Below, in pieces: positions 1 to 14,227 of a stretch of DNA of 64,000 nucleotides. Below the pieces are notes generated by a model, which did not search any database, was not told the origin of the DNA, and worked only from the letters and a program-made list of their open reading frames with translations. The position numbers and the translations under genes were made by a program. The stretch is taken from NCBI RefSeq assembly GCF_009914755.1, contig NC_060928.1. One strand, given 5' to 3'. Source of the stretch: the human T2T-CHM13v2.0 reference genome, Homo sapiens. Each line of letters opens with the position of its first letter. Within the stretch, counting starts at the first letter, position 1.

Positions 1-74
1 TTTTTCATTTTGATGATGTCCAGTTTATCAATTATTCCTTTTATGGATCGTGATTTTGGTGTTGTTTAGCAACT

Positions 75-216
75 CTTTGCCTAGCCCTAGGTCCCAAAGA
101 TATACTAAAGTGATTTTTCTTCCTTAGCCCATTAACATGGTGAATCTTTGCCTAGCTCTAGATCTCAAAGATACAGTAATGTGATTTTTCTTCCTTAGCC
201 TATTAACATAGTGAAT
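75..216. repeat. 71-bp tandem duplication (75-145, 146-216)
   Basis: Two ungapped copies of ctttgcctagc...gtgaat with 8 mismatches. Confidence 0.9.
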
Positions 217-404
217 TACATTGATTGATCTTTGAATAGTGAAACAGCCTTGCCTCCCTGGATTAAACCCCACTGGCTCATGATATAAAATTCTTTTCAT
301 ATATTGCTTAATTATATTTGCTAATAATATGTTAAGGATTTTGCTTCTAGGTGTATGTGGGATATGGGATATTGTTTTGTAATTTTTTCTGTGTGCGTGT
401 GTGG

Positions 405-560
405 TTTTTTTTTTTTTTTTTGAGATAGGGTCTCACTCTGTCTCCCATGTTGGAGTGCAGTGGCCTGATCTCAGCTCACTGCAACCACCTCCCAGGCTCA
501 ACTGATCCTTCCACCTCAGCCTCCCAAGTAGCTGGGACCAACGCACCACCATGCCCAGCT

Positions 561-617
<57 letters not shown>

Positions 618-737
618 GTAGAGACTTGGTTTCACCATGTTGCTCAGGCTGGTCTTGAACTCTTGAGCTCAAGCAATACACCTGCCTCAGGCCTCCCAAA
701 CTGCTAGGATTACAGGCATGAGCCATCCCACCTGGCC
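405..737 (-). mobile_element. Alu (AluJ-like) with (TG)24 in the central linker
   Basis: Poly-T head, both arms recognisable, TG run at 566-614. Confidence 0.92.
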
Positions 738-2484
738 TGTCTGTGTGTGTTGTCTTTCTCTGGCTTTGGTATCAGTGTATTATTACCTTAATGAAATGAA
801 CTAGGAAGAACTCTCTTCTATTTTGGGGCAGAGATTATGTGACATTGGTGATAATTGTTCTTTAAATATTTGGTAGAATTCTCCAGTGAAATGATTTAAG
901 TCTGAAGCCTTTTGTGGGGTGAGGAGATTTTTAGACTATAAATTGAATTGCCTGAATAGTTATATAATTAATCAAGTACTCATTTCATGTTGGGTGAACT
1001 GAGGTAATTTGTGCTTTTTGAGGAACTGGTCAATTTTTTCTAAGTGCTCAAGTTTATGTGAATTTATATGTAGAATTGTTTGTAGTATTAATATTCTTAT
1101 TATCTGTTTGCTATCTGCAGTGTCTGTAATGATATCTCTGATTTTGTTCCTAATATTGTTAATTTGTGTCTTCTCTATATTTTCCATGTTAATCTTACTA
1201 GAGATTTATCAATTTTACTGATCTTTTAAAAACCAGCTCCATACTTCATTGATTTTCTCTGTTGTTTTTCTGTTTTTTATTTCACTGGTTTCTGCTCTTA
1301 TCTTTACTATTTCTTTCGTTCTGCTTGCTTTGAGTTTATTTTGTGCATCTTTTTTTTTTAGATTTTTTGGGGTAGACACTTATTTATTGATTTGATACTT
1401 TTTTCTTTTTTAACTGTGCATTTAGTGCTATAAATATTCCTCTCAGCACTGTGTTAACTGTTTCCCATAAATTTTGATATGCTGTATTTTCAAATTCGTT
1501 TAGTTCACTGAATTTTTAATTTCCTTTGAGACTTCCTTTTTGTCCCATGAACTATTTAGAAGTATGTTGATTAGTTTCCAAGTGTTTGGAGATTTTCCTG
1601 TTATCATTCTGTTACTAATTTCTAGTTCGGTTTTATTGTGATCAGTGCTAACAATCTGAATAATTTAACCATTTTAATTTGTTGAGGTTTATTTTATAGC
1701 CCAGGATATGGTCTATCTTGATATATATTCCACTGGCACTTGAAAGAAATGTGTGTTCTATTGTTGTTGAATAAAATATAAATGTCAATTAAGTCCTATT
1801 CGTTGCTAATATTGTAGAATTTTATATTCTTACTGCTCTTCTGCCTAGTTGTTCTATCATCTGCTGAGATGGGGGGATTGAAGTTTCCAACTATAATTGT
1901 AGATTTGTCTATTTCTCCTTTTAGTTCTACTTTTTTACTTTAAATATTTTATAGCTCTGTTTTTGGTGCATGTACATTTGGGATTTCTAGGCAATCTTTG
2001 TGGATTTGCACTTTAATCATTATATAATGCCCTCCTCTGTTTCTGGTAATCTTTGTTGCTGTGATTTTATCTGATATTAATATCAGGTAATATTTGGTTG
2101 ATGTTGCTTGATATATATTTTTCCAATCTGTTACTTTCACTTGCTTATAATGTTATTATAGGCAGTGAGTTTCATGTAGGCAGCATCGTCCAACAAACCA
2201 TAGTTGGTTCACCTTTAATCCAATCTGACATCAATTGATGTATTTAGATTATTTACATTTAATTTATTAATGTCTTAGAGCTTAAGTATGTAATTTTATT
2301 TTTAGTTTTCTATTTGTCATCTCTGTTTTACATTCCTGTTTTTTTTTTCTGCCTTCCTGGAGATTACTTCAGAGTTTCATTTTGGTATAGTGTTTTCAAA
2401 TGTATCTGTTCATATAGCTTTCAGGAGTTGCTCTAAGTATTGCATTATATATGCATAACTTATCACAGTCTACTGATGTTGTCA

Positions 2485-2886
<402 letters not shown>

Positions 2887-5664
2887 CTACATACATTTAC
2901 ATCAGTCAGTATTATAATTTTGGCTTCTACAATAAAATATAATTTAGAAAGCCCAAGAGGAGAAGGGAAGCCTATTGTATATAGCTATATTTCTGCTTAC
3001 TATATACCTTCTTTATCTCTGATGTTCCAGGCTTCCTTCTTTTATTGTTTCCTTTCTGTTTTAAAAAAACTTCATTTAGTCATTCTTTTAGGGTAGGCTT
3101 TCAGGCAACAAATTCTCTTAGTTTTCCTTCATCTGAGGATGTCTCAAGTTCCCCTTTATTTCTTGCAGGATATATTTCACTGGGTATGGGATTCTGGGTT
3201 GACAATTCTTTTCTTGCAGCACCTAGAAAAATATGGTACAACTTCCTTTTGGCCTCCATGGTTTCTGATGAGAAATCCACTATTATTCTAGTTATTTTCC
3301 CCTTATATAAGTAAGTTGTTTTCCTCTGGTGGCTTTCAATATTTTCTCTTTGTCTTTAGTTTTCAGAAGCTTAATTGTAAGTCTTGTTGTGAGTTATTCA
3401 GGTTTATTATGTTTAGGGTTCTCTTAGCTTCTCGAATCTGTAAGTTTATATCTCTTGTCAACTTTAGGACATTTTTCAGCCGTGATTTCTTTAAGTACTT
3501 TTCCAGCCTCCCCTTATTTTTCCTCTCCTTCTGGAACTTCAATGACATGAATGCTATATATTTTATTAGAGTCCCATGAATCCCTAAGAATACCTCGTTC
3601 ATTTGTTTTCAAGTCTATTTTTCTCTGTGTTAGTCTTATTGGGGAAATTCTATTCTAACAGCTAAGTGATTTTTCTCATTTGCCCCCTCTATTTTACTAT
3701 TGAGCCCATTCACTGAGCTTTTTACTCAGGTTATTATATTTTGAGTTCTAAAATTTTTGTTTGGTTCTTTATATCTTTTATTTCTCGACTGAGATTTTTT
3801 TTTTTTTTTTTGCTGCTGCTGATGGAGTCATTGGCAAAAAAAAAAAAAAAAACCTTTCCATTTAAAGAATTTGTTTCAAGTGGTTTCCTAACTGCTTTCT
3901 GAAGCATTGTTTTAAATTATGGGTACTTTAAAATATTTGTCAGATAGTTTTAATATCTCAGTCATCCCAGTGTTGGCATTTGATTTTTTTTTTAATTTTT
4001 CATTCAGTTTGAGATTTTTCTAGTTCTTTGTATAAGTGATTTTCATAATATATATAAGTGATTTTCAATTTAAGCCTGGACATTTTCACATTATGTTCTG
4101 AGATGCTTGCTCTTTAAATAAACCTTCTTTTTCATCTGTTCTTATCTGACACTGCTCCAGCAGGAGTGCCAACTCATTACTGCCAGGTGAATGTAGAAGT
4201 CTGGGTTCCCTATTTGGCTCCACTGAAACTTGAGGGGAGCCTCTTTGTTATTGCTGGGAAAGGACAGGAGTTCAGACTCCCACGTAGTCTTCACTAAGAC
4301 TGCGGAGACAAGGAGCTAGTTACTGGCCAAAAGGAATGAAAGTCCCAACTTCCCACTCGGTCTCTCTGACACCACCCTAGTGGGAGTATTGGAGAAACTT
4401 GTTACAGCCTCACAGGGTGAAATTCTGGGCTCCCCACAAGATCTTAACGTGGGTGAGAGCGAAGTCAAAGTGTTTTCTGTGGTGGTTGGCTAAAGTAGCG
4501 CGGCCATTGTCTAAACATTTTCTGTCTTGCAGAGGCAGCTCCTTTCCTGGTCCTTTAGCTGGAGAGAACAGCCTTTCGTTGGTGCTTTGTCTGTCTGGAC
4601 CTCTTGGTGTTTCTGGGTTGCCATCATCTTCAGCTTCAAGTCTGAGATTTAGGGGCTAAAAGAACACCCAGAGTATTAATCACCATGTTGTTCCTTGGGT
4701 CCTGGGGTCCCTAGCTTGTCTGCCTATTTCTTTACACTTTCAGAGTCTTTTATTTATTTACTTATAATGTCCAACATGTGAGGTTGTATTTAATAGCTTT
4801 ACAGGAAAAAACACATCTACTTCATCTTCCCAGAAGCAAAAATCTTGATATTGTGACTTTTATAATTAGTGGACTCCTCTAATTTTACCTGTAAAAACAA
4901 AACAGGTAAACTAATTTTTCTCTCAAAAGAAAAGTGGGGAGAAAATTTAACAAGTAATTCTGTTGTTTTATCCCAAAAGCTTAATTGTTATGGTTAATAT
5001 ATCATCAAAGAATGTTGCCCCAATCAAAATAATTATTTATTTTCCTAATGGCCCAATTTTTCTTCCTATGCATTTAACGGTAGTCAACTGTGGCAAAAAG
5101 ACTCTGTGGGTATTACAGAAATATATTAGTGATTAAAGAAGCAAGTGGAAAGATTGTATCTCTTTTGGATTTTGGAAAAACTGTTTAGTAAAAGAAATAG
5201 GAAATAACACTCATTTACTGAATATCTGATATATTTAAGGTATGGGAGACACAGAAAGTAAAACCTAAAGAAAATGCAAACCATAAAACAAATAAAACAA
5301 AATCAAATATATGTGATTCAGTGTTATGGGAATATAGAGAATGAATGAGTAATTATGAATAAAAATTTTAGGTAAGAAATTAATATAAATGGCATTTGAG
5401 CTGGATTGGGGAAAAAGTTCACTCAATACTTATCATCTGCCTACTTTATGGAGGTTACTCAGTGCTAGATGCAGAATAAATAGTATTTTGACCGAGTCTG
5501 GGAAATGGGGTGGGGTGGAGTGGGAGGGTAGGCATTTCAGTAGGGGGATAGCTAAAGCTGACACATAAAAATGTGGGGAGCAAAACAGAGTTTATGAATG
5601 TAACTATGAAGCCATGCTATTTGCAAGCTCATTCTATATGGAAAGACTAAATTGTACTAGTAGT

Positions 5665-5870
5665 AATTACAGCTAACTTTTTAATTCACACTATGTGCCA
5701 GGTACCAGGCTACATGCTTTACATGAAGCATTTTTATTTCATTCTCATATTAATGCTTTGCAATAGGTATTAGTATTATTAGCTCCACTTTAGAGATGAA
5801 GGAACTGAGGTTTAGAGAAAATAAATGACATACTTATGATCATGCAATTAGAAAGTGGTGGAATTTTAGA
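5665..5870 (-). mobile_element. MIR
   Basis: ctatgtgccagg...gatgaaggaactgagg core in reverse orientation. Confidence 0.7.
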
Positions 5871-5895
5871 ATTAAGAAATTTATAAAAGCATTAA

Positions 5896-6123
<228 letters not shown>

Positions 6124-9100
6124 TGAACAGGTAGTATCCAAATGAATCCGCAGTATTTCTAAATTTGTATTTATGACTAGTTTCTGAAGCAAGTATTCTA
6201 TATATTTTCTTTCAATTTATTCTGTTAGGCTATTTTTTTTTATCATAATGAATAGTTTAGGTGGGTAAACAAAAGAAGCATTATGTATGATATGAGTATG
6301 CTTTTAGTTCAATAGGGACATTGTAAGCTTGTAGATTTGGCACTGAGGAACTTGTCTGTTCCACTAAGAGGAGGGAGAGGGAGTGGAGAGAAATGGTACT
6401 AAAAGTTTCCATGGTCTTATCACAACCAGTTACATGTTTGAGATGGAAACACTTCCAAAGCACATAGCGCTCCACAGGCGAGGATAAGCATTTTATTCGC
6501 TGAGTAAACCTTGGAACTGAAACATGCCTGGGAACTACAGACACATTCAATGCCCTCTCAAAGCATTTATTCCACATTGTGTAGGGAAGTCTGGTACTCA
6601 CTAATGACAAAAACTAGTTTGGATATAACTCTTTGGACAGAGATTTCCCCAACTCAAAGCTAATAAACAAACAAAAATTAAACTACATTTTACATATTGT
6701 ATTAATATTACATTCACTTAAACTGTCATTTAAAGAGACTGTAGAGGAAAAAGTTGATAGTAGAAAGGCAACCAGCTTTGGGAAAATGGCTTTAAAATTC
6801 AAATGGCTGGCGTGAAGAATCAAAAAGGAATAGTGCATTCGTCCTAAATTTGAAAAGATCATGATGACTTCAACAAATATGTTTTATTTACTGAGAGTTT
6901 CTTCCTAGAGCTATGAAAGATTTACTTACAGATTTAAGCCTGAAAACTTACCAGCTCCCATCACTAATAAGTTGTTTTGAATGGACAGCTCCCTTCTTTA
7001 CAGCAAACAGACTAATTTCCCTGATTTATTTTATCATAATTACTAAAACACACTATAGAAACTAATGTCTACATCCACAAACACCAAAATTTTGTTCCCT
7101 ATATTTCTATTTTCCTTGTTATGTTTTTTGTTAACAGAAAATGTTGAGAGGACACTTAACAAATTTATTTTCATATTTGTGAGCATTCTTCAGCCATCCA
7201 TTGATTAAATCTAGTTTTAATTGTGAATTCAGTTAGCCATCAAATCTTACTCAACTATAGTATTTATACTTGTGAAGAATGATTTTTTAATTGAAGTCCA
7301 TGTACCCTATAAGTATGCCCAGTAACCTCTTATCAAAAATATCTTGTAAGTATGAGTCAAAAATAATCCCTACCCCATCTGCTGGAGTCTATGTAATCAT
7401 ATTCTTTCAATAATGACAATAGAGAAGGCTCTCTATGGAGTAGTACAAAATAAGGTGGCTTACGGAAGTCTTTGAAAAGTCATCTACAAGTTTAGACATT
7501 TGAATAAATGAATAATGTCAGTTTTTATAACTTCCACTTACATCTCTAGGAATAATGCTTTAACTACAATTCTGAAGAAAGGTACAATAAGATTTAAAAT
7601 GTCCCTATGAACACAACATATTCTCTTACAACCAGTATTTCAAATTATTGATTATAATTTTATACACCTGTGTTCGAATGTGTTCTGGTTACACATAATA
7701 TATATAAGAACATGTCTTGACAATTTTTCACTATTCCCAGAAGACTGGGCGCTGAATAAATAAAATGACCCCAAACAGGTTTATTGAAATAAATAATTAA
7801 ATATTGATAAATAACACAAAGCAATAAGCAATAATAATGTATGCAATAAAGTCATATTTTATTGAGTTACATAACATACTCTAAAGTGTGATGAATTTTA
7901 CTCTTCTTTCAAAATAAGGAAAGTAGTATTCAAGGAAGTATGTTCATTTGACTTAAGCAACACCATAATAAAGAAGATTGATACTCAGCTGTCAGAATCC
8001 TAGAGTTCTTGGCACCAATTTCTCTCATGGTGTAATTAAAGGAAAATCTTGCCTGGGAATCAGGAGACCAAGGTTTGGTCCTGGCTCTCCCACCAGCCAT
8101 GTGATTTAGTGTTAACTCAAAAAGCGTTGCCTTTTTTTTTTTTTTGCCTTTCTGAATTTTCCCCCTCATTTTAAAAATAAAGATACGCACTCCAATGCTC
8201 TCAGGTGCCTTCTGTCTTTAATGATCTGTGTGTTGCCCGATCTTAATTCAAAAAATTACCTGCACAATAAGTCATTAAGGAAGATAGTGAGCCACGTTGT
8301 ACAATGATACTTTTACTTTGTCAAGACTGTAGATTGCAACTTGAAAGGTTAATATGACAGGAATTCAAAAATATTATTAGACTCAGGTCTATTTCCATTC
8401 ATATTCATTTATACTTTTGGCAAATATTTATTGGGTGCCTATTATGTTCTTGATACTATGCTGCAAGCTCAAAGATAAATAAATACAGGCTTCATCTAGT
8501 GATAGAGAGACCAAATGACATTGAAAGATAAGAGAGCTTTTATTTACTTATAATCTAGTTCTTGAATGATCCTTATATGATTTTTATACCACATTAATCT
8601 AATTTATTGACTACATTTTCTGGAACAAGCTTTTACTTTTACTGCTTCCCTTGAGCAATAGATGTTGTCAAAGTAATAATTTAACTCAGCTTTATATATT
8701 TCTTATTCTAGTATAATGTTGAAGACCTCATATAAATGAAAATATAAACCACCCCCCTGGTAATTAATGCCATTTGTTCAAATACTACCATTTTAAAAAC
8801 AGAAAAAATAAGTGTAGCTTTGAATTCTACTGGTGAGGGACACTGGCAAATTCAAGCTACATATACTTTCTATGACACAAACAGTAATAACAGTAAATAT
8901 GTGTTCCTAAAAAGAAATGAACATTGCTTGCTACATGAGCCAATTTTGAAGCCCTAGTTCATAAACTATTTTTTAACCAAAATGGCAAAATGGAGATGGG
9001 TGAAGAAAATAGGCCACCAAAAATAAAGTAAAATGGGAGAATGCCTCATGATAATTAAAATTCTCTTCTTATCAGTTACTGCAAAAGGATATTATATTTT

Positions 9101-9918
9101 TTGAATCACTAGAAATCTTAAATACTACTGGGAAAAGGGGAAGTATACTATTAAAAGTAATTCTGAAATAAGACCACACTAAATAATTGGAACTCTAAAT
9201 ATATATTTGCTTTGTTCAAAAAATAACTTCTACCATGTATGTGGCACAAAGCATAGACCAAAGAAGTCTTCTTTTTATATCTATTGATATTTTAACAGAA
9301 ATCATGTAAAGCATCTTCTATGCGTGTTTTTAATTTACATAATCTATAGGATATGGCTCTAGTTTTGTTTTCTTTAGGGTCAACTTAACTGAGGTAAGAA
9401 GAGACATATCTTCATTTGTCTTTCCAACTTTTCTGAAAGGAATTGCAGATGATGGAATGCTATGATGTAAAGCTTATAATTATATAGGTTACTATCTAAC
9501 TATTATAAGGCTCTGCTTATTTTCTTAACGATGATGTAGAGGTACTGGGTGTCTCCTGATAATTAATGACTAATGAGAAAGAGTTGATTTTCCTGCTCAT
9601 CATTAATCCCCAGGAAGAGGTTACAGAAGGTATTACAATTCCTAGAAATTAATGTAGGTAGAATTATTTGTAAGTTTAGGTGAAATTCATTTAATGAACA
9701 CATTCTAGGAACTTAGAAAACATTACTCTTTGTGCATTATACATTTAAACTTCCTAAATTTATCTCAAATGCCTTTTTATTTATAATTAAAGTTATCAGG
9801 AACTTTATACTTTTTAAAGAATTAGTATAGGTTTAGAAGTAAAAACATAAAGATACTAACCTAGTCAATTATTAAGTCCAACACTCAAGATAGGAGCTGA
9901 GTTCAAAATGCAAAAATG

Positions 9919-9925
<7 letters not shown>

Positions 9926-9965
<40 letters not shown>
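9926..9965. repeat. (AC)20 microsatellite
   Basis: Perfect dinucleotide run. Confidence 0.97.
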
Positions 9966-9967
<2 letters not shown>

Positions 9968-9968
<1 letters not shown>

Positions 9969-10371
9969 CTTTCTTAGTCCATCCATGTTGTTATAAAGTA
10001 ATAGCTGAGACCAGGTACTTTATAAAGAAAAGAGGTTTATTTGACTCATGGTTCTGTGAGCTGTACAAGAAGCATGGCATCAGCACCTGCTTCTGGTAAG
10101 GGCCCCCGGAAACTTCCACTCATGGCAGAAGGGAAAGGGGAGTTGGCATCACATGGTGAGAGAGGAAGGAAGGAAGAGAGAGGAGGGAGGAGGTGCCAAG
10201 TTCCTTTTAACAATCAATTCTCATAGGAACTAATTACTGCGAGGATGGCACCAAGTCATTCATGAGGAATCCACCTCCATGACCAAACGCCTCCCATTAG
10301 GCCCCAACTCCAACATTGGAAATGAAATTTCAGCATGAGATTTAGAGGGGACAAATATCCAAATCACATCA
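9968..10371 (-). mobile_element. MaLR solo LTR (MSTB-like)
   Basis: tcttagtcc...ataaagaaaagaggtttatttgactcatggttctg...ggggacaaatatccaaatcacatca. Confidence 0.85.
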
Positions 10372-13094
10372 GTGGCCAACTAGACTTCAGCCAGATTATA
10401 AATAGGATGGGGACTCCAAATGACATAAATGCAATACCAAAACCCAGGTAACAGGAACAAATAAAGAAAGAGCACGAGAAGGTGGCATAGGTTTTATTGA
10501 AGTATTGGGATAATACAGAATATGGAGACATTTCCAGTAGATTAAGTTAGTTAGAAAGAAGACGGAAATTCTAAGATGGGTCTTAGAGGAAACCTAGGAT
10601 TTGGTTTAGTAAAGAACAGAAAGGAGGGCATTCCAAGCAGGTGAAACAGCTTGTGGGGCTGAGGAGGGCAGAGGGTAGTAGTGGGGAACTGGCTTGTGGA
10701 AGTTTGCAAGGAATGAGAGGTAATGTTTATGAGGTGAGTATGACATCTACATTACCAAGCAAAAGAGTTTGCATTTTATTCACTAGGCAATTAGGAACAA
10801 TTTCTAAAGATTGGAGTAATGCCATACCAGCATTTGTATTCGGTCTGACTGGAAGGAAAATGCTTGGTGGAAAATGAACAGAAGGTAGATGATGACATGA
10901 TAAAGTATGAGCAATGAGGATAACAGGCGCATGAAGACTAAAGTGAAAAAGGAAGATGGCATTTTAAAAAATGTCATAGTGAAAAAGAATCAGCTGGGTT
11001 TGGCTATTTATTCACTAAAAATTCAGCTAATATTCGCTGACTGCTTGTGCTATATAAGGCACCATCTTAGGCTTTGTAAAAGACATATGGGCAAAATGAA
11101 ATTCCCTGTTCTCAAGTAGCTAACAAGCTAGTAAATGGAACAGGACACAAAATATTATTTTAAAGGCGAATTATAGTAAATGATACGGGAGCGGCGAGAA
11201 GAAAGACAAAAAACTTTTTATTGGAAGGGGAGGAAGAATAAGGGAAGGGGTGTTTTTTAAATCACGACAGAGCCGACCATGGTAATGACGGAGAGGGGTC
11301 CTCTTGCTAGGGGAACTCCTATGATCAAAGATCAAAGGTAGAAAGGTGGAGAAACATACAAGATAATGGGGGAATCTTGATCTATGATCAAAGGTAGAAA
11401 AGCATACAAGATAATCGGGGAATTATAAGTGGTTTGGTTTTAAGCTTAGGGTACATCTTTAAAAACTGATGAGACTAGGTAGGCAGGTCTCAGTGCAAGG
11501 CTAAAACATTTAGGCTTATTCAGTATGCAATAAAGTGTGAACATGATGATGAGTTTGCAATTAGGCATGCGATGTTTAAAGTTGTAAAAATGTTTAAAGT
11601 CGTAATATTTTTGCTATAAGTTTTAACCTCAGGCAGAGACAGCTCTAAGAGAATTCCTTCCCAAAATAGATCTTTTAAAATTCTAATAGAGATTAAGTAT
11701 TTTTGTTTAAAAAGCTATTCGTTGAAAATATATATATGTTCCTGGGAAGTTAGTATATCATCAGACTATCAATATTTTATAAGTATAATTTATTCATGAA
11801 GATTTTATTTTATCATTGTCATTTTCTGCCCTGTCCAAATGTGGGCTTTGATGAAGCAGACGAAAGAACAAAGGCTCAAATTTGGACTACTGCTTTGAAA
11901 GTAGGCTTTTTTGGAATGCTGCAGAGATTAACATGAATGCAAAAGCCCTTGGGGAGGGGCTGTGTGGGTGAAGCATAAAAATGGAGATAAACTTTATTTC
12001 CTTCATAATTTTATTAAGTGAGGATCTTAATTTATGGCCTTTAGTTATGGTAAGTATTTAAATTTTAAAACAAAATTGTATTCTATCCTGAAATTGCTAT
12101 AAAGTTAAATAAGTGTTAAAATGTAAAGGTATATTTCATCACAGAATCTTACAAACAAATATAGAAATTAAAAAATGAAAGATTTTCTGTATGTCACACA
12201 CAAAAGAGTCAAAATCAGTGTCTAATTGCTATGCTTTTTACTAAATTTTTATTTTTGAAGTTAAAAGATGATTTGACCTAATCGCTTCTTTTGAAAATAC
12301 ACATATTTCCTATATGCAATTAAAACAATGATTTATTATGAGAATAAAACTTGGCTATACTTTTGAGGACATAACCTACTACGATGTCTATTTTTTTCTT
12401 AAAATGCAAACTGAACATTTTTAAGGTGCTATATTATTGCCATAGAATAAATCCTGTAATAGGAAAACAAATTTATCAAAATTTAAAAGACAAATGTATT
12501 TTTTCAGCATTTTATTTTCTAAAAATCAAAAATTTTTCCTTTTGCAAGTCTATGCAACTTAAAATATAAATGATTTTTGTGTTTTTTTGGAGTACATATG
12601 ATTGCCGTTGAAATTTCAGGTTAGATTTTTAAACTTTCTAGACGTTAAAAAATCTAATTAAAGCCCAAATATAAATACAATGGAAGATAAGATTTACTAG
12701 GCCAAATGCTTAGCCAGTATGCTCTACATTATTAGATTAGTAAGGATTCAAAAATTAAATACATTTATCTCATAGGGATGGTCTGAACAGAAAATGAAAT
12801 GATTGGTATGAACCACTACACACAGTGCCTGGCACACAGTAAGTCTCAATTTCAGCTCTAATCATTATTAAGTGGACTGTCATCATAAAATAGATCTTAG
12901 ACTGATATCAGTAAATCTTCTCATTCAAGTGCGCAACCATCTTACTATGAAAAAAATTATTGAGGTCCCAGGAAGTAATGAAGCGACATTGCATTTAAAT
13001 TATAAATATACAATTGAAGTTTTGCATATATAGCTCCTATTATTGTGCTTACATTTTTGAGTTTTCAGCAGAGTTTGCTTTTGATTAAATACAG

Positions 13095-13224
13095 CACAGT
13101 ATTGCTATGCAGAATGGGAAAGTGGATGGAAGTAACTTGGAAGGTGGTTCGCAGCAAGCCCCCTTGACTCCTCCCAACACCCCAGATCCACGAAGCCCTC
13201 CAAATCCAGACAACATTGCTCCAG
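13095..13224 (+). CDS. MYOZ2: Myozenin-2 coding exon 4, 130 bp: [43 protein letters not shown](G)
   Basis: Acceptor aaatacag|CAC, donor CCAG|gtaacc. Continues the frame of the previous exon; Pro-rich TPPNTPDP myozenin motif. Confidence 0.97.
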
Positions 13225-13350
13225 GTAACCAATCCCCTTACCAACAGAGCAATAAAATTTCTGTGTACCTAATGATATGACTCAAGGCATTTAAAGCCTT
13301 TATTAAATAGTATTTAAATAATATATCTTTTCTCATTAAGTATGTTTTTG

Positions 13351-13637
13351 GGCCCCAGGCACGGTGGCTCCCAATCCCAGCACTTTGGGAGACTGAGGTG
13401 GGTGGATCACCTGAGCCCACAAGTTTGAGACCAGCCTGGATCACATGGTGAAACCTAGTTTCTACAATAAATACAAAATTTAGCTGGGTATGGTGGTGCA
13501 CACTTGTAGTCCCAGCTACTTGGGGGGCTGGGGTAGGAGGATCATTTGAGCCCAGGAGGGGCTGCAGTGAGCCATGATCACACCACTGCACTCCATCCAG
13601 CCTGGGTAACAGAGTAAGACCCTGACTCAAAAAAAAA
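13351..13637 (+). mobile_element. Alu (AluJ-like), about 125 bp after the exon 4 donor
   Basis: Dimeric Alu with A tail; gagcccaggagg/gagccatgatc features. Confidence 0.9.
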
Positions 13638-13937
13638 TTTCTTTTTTGGATAAATAGAAGACAAATGCAAAAATTCAAACCTAAAGGAATCACATAAAAC
13701 ATTTATAGTAGCCATACATTCTTTGTTTTAGATGGTCTGTTAATCACCTGCTATATTGAAAATTATAATAAGTAATTTGTAATTATATTGAAATCCTATT
13801 TGTATAGGACTGTACAATTTATAAAGTGCTGTGATATATATTATCTTCTTTAATTTCGCAGTAACTCTATGACATATTAATTACAATCCTCATTTTATAA
13901 ATTAAGACGTTGAGGTTATGAATGTCTATGAAGCAAC

Positions 13938-14190
13938 AAAGAATGAATAAGACCTAGTATTTGACAGCACAACAGGGTGACCATAGTCAATAGTAACCTA
14001 ATTGTACATTTTACAATAACTAAAAGAGTATAACTGGATTGTTTATAACATAAAGAATAAATGCTTAAGATGATGGATACCCCATTTATCCTGATGTGGT
14101 TATTGCACATTGCATGCTGTTATCAAAATATCTAATGAACCCCATAAATATATACACCTATTATGTACCCACAAAAGTCAAAAATAAAAA
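13938..14190 (+). mobile_element. L1MA 3' end
   Basis: gaataagacctagtatttg...atgtacccacaaaa...aataaaaa. Confidence 0.85.
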
Positions 14191-14227
14191 TCTTTTAAAT
14201 TAAAATTACAAGAGAAAAAAGAATTAG

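Noticed and set aside
13238-13702. 154-aa minus-strand ORF and similar ORFs (LECSG..., [11 protein letters not shown]...)
   Set aside because: Typical antisense-Alu translations.
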